NCBI GenBank assembly: GCA_964625255.1
Contig: CAZVBD010000003.1
Span: 1 to 41,552 of the forward strand
Source: an uncultured Thiohalobacter sp.
Lineage (GTDB): Bacteria > Pseudomonadota > Gammaproteobacteria > DSM-19610
Reading direction: 5' to 3'
DNA: 41,552 nt
Shown: piece after piece, positions 38,768 to 41,552 of the stretch
Numbering within the stretch: the stretch's first letter is position 1
Layout: the number at the start of each line of letters is the position of its first letter
The notes under the pieces: model-generated
The model's input: only the letters and a program-made list of their open reading frames with translations
Told to the model about the DNA's origin: nothing
Database searches by the model: none
Made by a program: the position numbers and the translations under genes

Positions 38768-41552
38768 ATGTTTCTGAAAAGATTTGTCTTTGTAAACTGG
38801 GGCAATATCCCTCAACTGGAATTCGAGCCGGGACCTATCAACCTGATGTCGGGCGGCAATGGCTCGGGCAAGACGACCGCAGCAGATGCCATCCAGACCA
38901 TCATGACCGCCGCCCATGAAAACCTGTTCCAGTATAACCCTGGACAGGATGAAACCACCCAGCGCGGCCGTGGCGGCAAGCGGGTACGCACCCTGGCATC
39001 CTATGTGCTCGGCTGCGATGATGGCAGTTATGCGCGCCTGGACCCCACCGACGGTTATCTTGCCGCCGTGTTCAGCCCCACCAGTGGCGAGTCTGCGGAA
39101 CCGTTTACGGCGGTTATCGGTGTGCGCGCCTGGCTGGATTCCACCGCCGGGCAGAATGTGGCACGACAGGATGACCTGTTATTTCTGATCCTGCCCGGTG
39201 AAGAACTCACGCTGGAACACTTTGTCCGCGAGCACAAGGCAAATAAGTACACCACACCGCTGGACAAAATAACTCAACTGCTGATCCGCGAATTCGGCAA
39301 ACGCCACGTACAAAAATACGACACCAAGAAAGCCTACCTGCGCCGTCTCTATGCTGCCCTGCGCGGCAAGAGCGACAGCGTTTCCGAACAGGAAGCCACT
39401 GCCGCCGCACGTGCCTTTTCGCGCTTTATGGCCTACAAGCCGGTACGCAGCATCAATGATTTTGTCGCCCACGAAATTCTTGAACGAAAAGATTTGGGTG
39501 AAGCCATTCGCTCCATTTCCGGCCAGCTCAAAACCATCCACGCCATGGAGCGCGATGCAGCACACCTGCTGGAATCCATTGATATCCTGAAAAATGCAGG
39601 ACAACACGCCGATGCCTATATCCAGCAGTGGATCGAACTGAATACGCTCGATTTCACCCTCGCCCAGCACGATTACCTGCAGCGCCAGCAAGACTACCTG
39701 CGCACCAAAAAGAAACAGGGCGATTACCGTCGCAGCCTGGAAGAAAACGCCAACGAAACAGAACTCTCGGAACAGCGCCTTCAACAGCAACACGAACAAC
39801 TGGTACAACTGGAAGCTCAGCGCATGGGCATCAGCGCCCTGCAGCAGAAGGATGAACTGGAACAAAAACGTGACCGGCAGCAGAAAACACTCACAGACAT
39901 GGCACGCCGCTTACTGGTGCAGGATAACGCCCTGGATGCAAACCTACAGGCCACACGATCCCTCGAAAAGGACCTGGGCGATGCCGGCCTGACAGAAGAC
40001 CTGCCCGCAATAGCCGACCTGCATGTGCGGCAACTTGCGGGTCGTGTGGTAAAGGAAGGCAACCGTGGCGAACTGGATATTCCGGCACTGTTGCAAAAAG
40101 ACATGCTCAATGACCTGTCACCGCTGGAGCAACACCTGGATCAGGCGCGCGCCGCCCAGCGTCTGCACAACCAGTGGTACGAACAATGGCATCAATCAGA
40201 CGGCTCGACCGGTAACCTTTCATGGTATGAACAACTGGCGAAACTGGTGCACACCCGGGAAGCCAACTACGAAAAACTGAAAATACGGTGCCGGCAAAAG
40301 GAACACAGTATCGAGCGCCTGCAGGCAAAACAGGTCAACTACCCGTCCTTTGTCGAACGTGCCCTGGACGCTATCCTGCGCGACTGCCCGCAGGCCGACC
40401 CGCGTGTCCTGTGTGACCACGTGGATGTCAGTGACCCGCGCTGGCAAATGGCCATTGAGGGCTATCTCGGTATGGCGCGATTTTCCATCATCGTCGATCC
40501 GGGTCATGAAGCAGAGGCCATTCGCATCGTGCGTCGACTGCCGGGGCGCGATAACCGGGCACGCATCATCCAGGGTGCGAAAGCACAGCGCGATGCGGAA
40601 CGTATCACGCTGCCCGCCGACTCGATCATCCACCTGCTGTCCTTCAGTCACGCCACAGCAAACCACTACCTGACCGCCAGTTACGGCAACGTGGTCCAGG
40701 TTCCCTCTGCGGACACCCTGCGCCATACCCGCCGGGGTCTGACGGCTGACGGCATGGGTGCAGGCGGCTACAGCCTGTTCCGTTGTGACCTGCCCGACGG
40801 AGAACTGGTCTTCGGCCAGGCGGCACGTGAACGCGCCTTGAAAGCCAAACAACAGGAACTGGAGCACCTCAACGAAGCATGGCAGGAAGCCAATACACGC
40901 ATGCAGTTGTCCAGCCGTATGCTGGACAATGTCAAATCACTGCAAACCCTGGATTATGCCGACACCATCACCCACATGCTGGCATTGCACCGTGAACTGC
41001 AGACCCTTGAGAACCTGCTGACACAACTGGATTTGTCCGAACACCGGGATCTGGAGGATAAACTGACAGACCTGCGTGAACAGGTGCAGGTGTTACGGCA
41101 ACAACAGGGCCATCTCAAGGAAACCCGCGGCGAACTCCAGGAAAAGAGTCGTAAAATCACCGAGCGTTGCAAGCAACTGTCCGATGCACAGGATGCTACC
41201 TTGCAGGTGGTGGAAAGCCGCGAACAAAACCTGCTCGCCATCGCCGCTGACTGGCCTGAATTTGACGCCGACGCACGGCTGGCCAATGCGGAAAAAGACG
41301 CTGAATCACTTAACGTCGAGGTTGCGGAAAACTTCCGCCAGGAAGTCCAGCGGACACTTCACACGCTGGAACGCAAAATGGATGATGCGATCCAGCAACA
41401 CAACCAGCACTGCCAGCCTGGCGATGCCATTATTTATCAAAGTTTCAACGGTGACTATGACACAGCCCTGTTCGCCGCCATTTGTGGACTCCGGCGCGAC
41501 CTCGACCGGGTTTACAACCGCCTGAAGAACAATATCCTGGTCGATAAATACG
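38768..41552 (+). CDS. jetC: Wadjet JetC / MksB SMC-like ATPase (runs off the window end)
   Basis: Not in the ORF track. ATG 38768: MFLKRFVFVNWGNIP...SGGNGSGKTTAADAIQ (Walker A), RTLASYVLG, long coiled coils, hinge-like WQMAIEGYLG. Same frame reads ...LKNNILVDKY at the window end. Confidence 0.85.
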   Translation, partial: MFLKRFVFVNWGNIPQLEFEPGPINLMSGGNGSGKTTAADAIQTIMTAAHENLFQYNPGQDETTQRGRGGKRVRTLASYVLGCDDGSYARLDPTDGYLAAVFSPTSGESAEPFTAVIGVRAWLDSTAGQNVARQDDLLFLILPGEELTLEHFVREHKANKYTTPLDKITQLLIREFGKRHVQKYDTKKAYLRRLYAALRGKSDSVSEQEATAAARAFSRFMAYKPVRSINDFVAHEILERKDLGEAIRSISGQLKTIHAMERDAAHLLESIDILKNAGQHADAYIQQWIELNTLDFTLAQHDYLQRQQDYLRTKKKQGDYRRSLEENANETELSEQRLQQQHEQLVQLEAQRMGISALQQKDELEQKRDRQQKTLTDMARRLLVQDNALDANLQATRSLEKDLGDAGLTEDLPAIADLHVRQLAGRVVKEGNRGELDIPALLQKDMLNDLSPLEQHLDQARAAQRLHNQWYEQWHQSDGSTGNLSWYEQLAKLVHTREANYEKLKIRCRQKEHSIERLQAKQVNYPSFVERALDAILRDCPQADPRVLCDHVDVSDPRWQMAIEGYLGMARFSIIVDPGHEAEAIRIVRRLPGRDNRARIIQGAKAQRDAERITLPADSIIHLLSFSHATANHYLTASYGNVVQVPSADTLRHTRRGLTADGMGAGGYSLFRCDLPDGELVFGQAARERALKAKQQELEHLNEAWQEANTRMQLSSRMLDNVKSLQTLDYADTITHMLALHRELQTLENLLTQLDLSEHRDLEDKLTDLREQVQVLRQQQGHLKETRGELQEKSRKITERCKQLSDAQDATLQVVESREQNLLAIAADWPEFDADARLANAEKDAESLNVEVAENFRQEVQRTLHTLERKMDDAIQQHNQHCQPGDAIIYQSFNGDYDTALFAAICGLRRDLDRVYNRLKNNILVDKY

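Overview
Core chromosomal region of a gammaproteobacterium (housekeeping genes look Chromatiales-like; inference only). It carries adk (partial), an AAA+/VWA-zincin pair, a sigma32 htpG operon, the rpsP-rimM-trmD-rplS operon, ffh, ypjD-corC family genes, radA, alr, dnaB, rpsF-rpsR-DUF2232-rplI, rlmB, rnr, tRNA-Leu(CAG) and the start of a Wadjet/Mks (jetABC) cluster. The highlight is a ~7.5 kb DSF-type quorum-sensing locus (rpfF, rpfC, rpfG) between radA and alr. Embedded between rpfC and rpfG is a three-gene fatty-acyl cassette: a NodF-like ACP, a NodE-like ketosynthase and a CFA-synthase-family SAM methyltransferase. This suggests a dedicated pathway for a chemically tailored DSF signal. Other notable items are a candidate sigma54-dependent sRNA between rpsP and ffh, a tandem-FHA-MapZ(PilZ) fusion with an internal RBS, rimM without a canonical start codon, and a perfect 30-bp-arm palindrome that supplies the rlmB stop codon. 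All family assignments come from motif recognition and recalled sequences; no database search was run.
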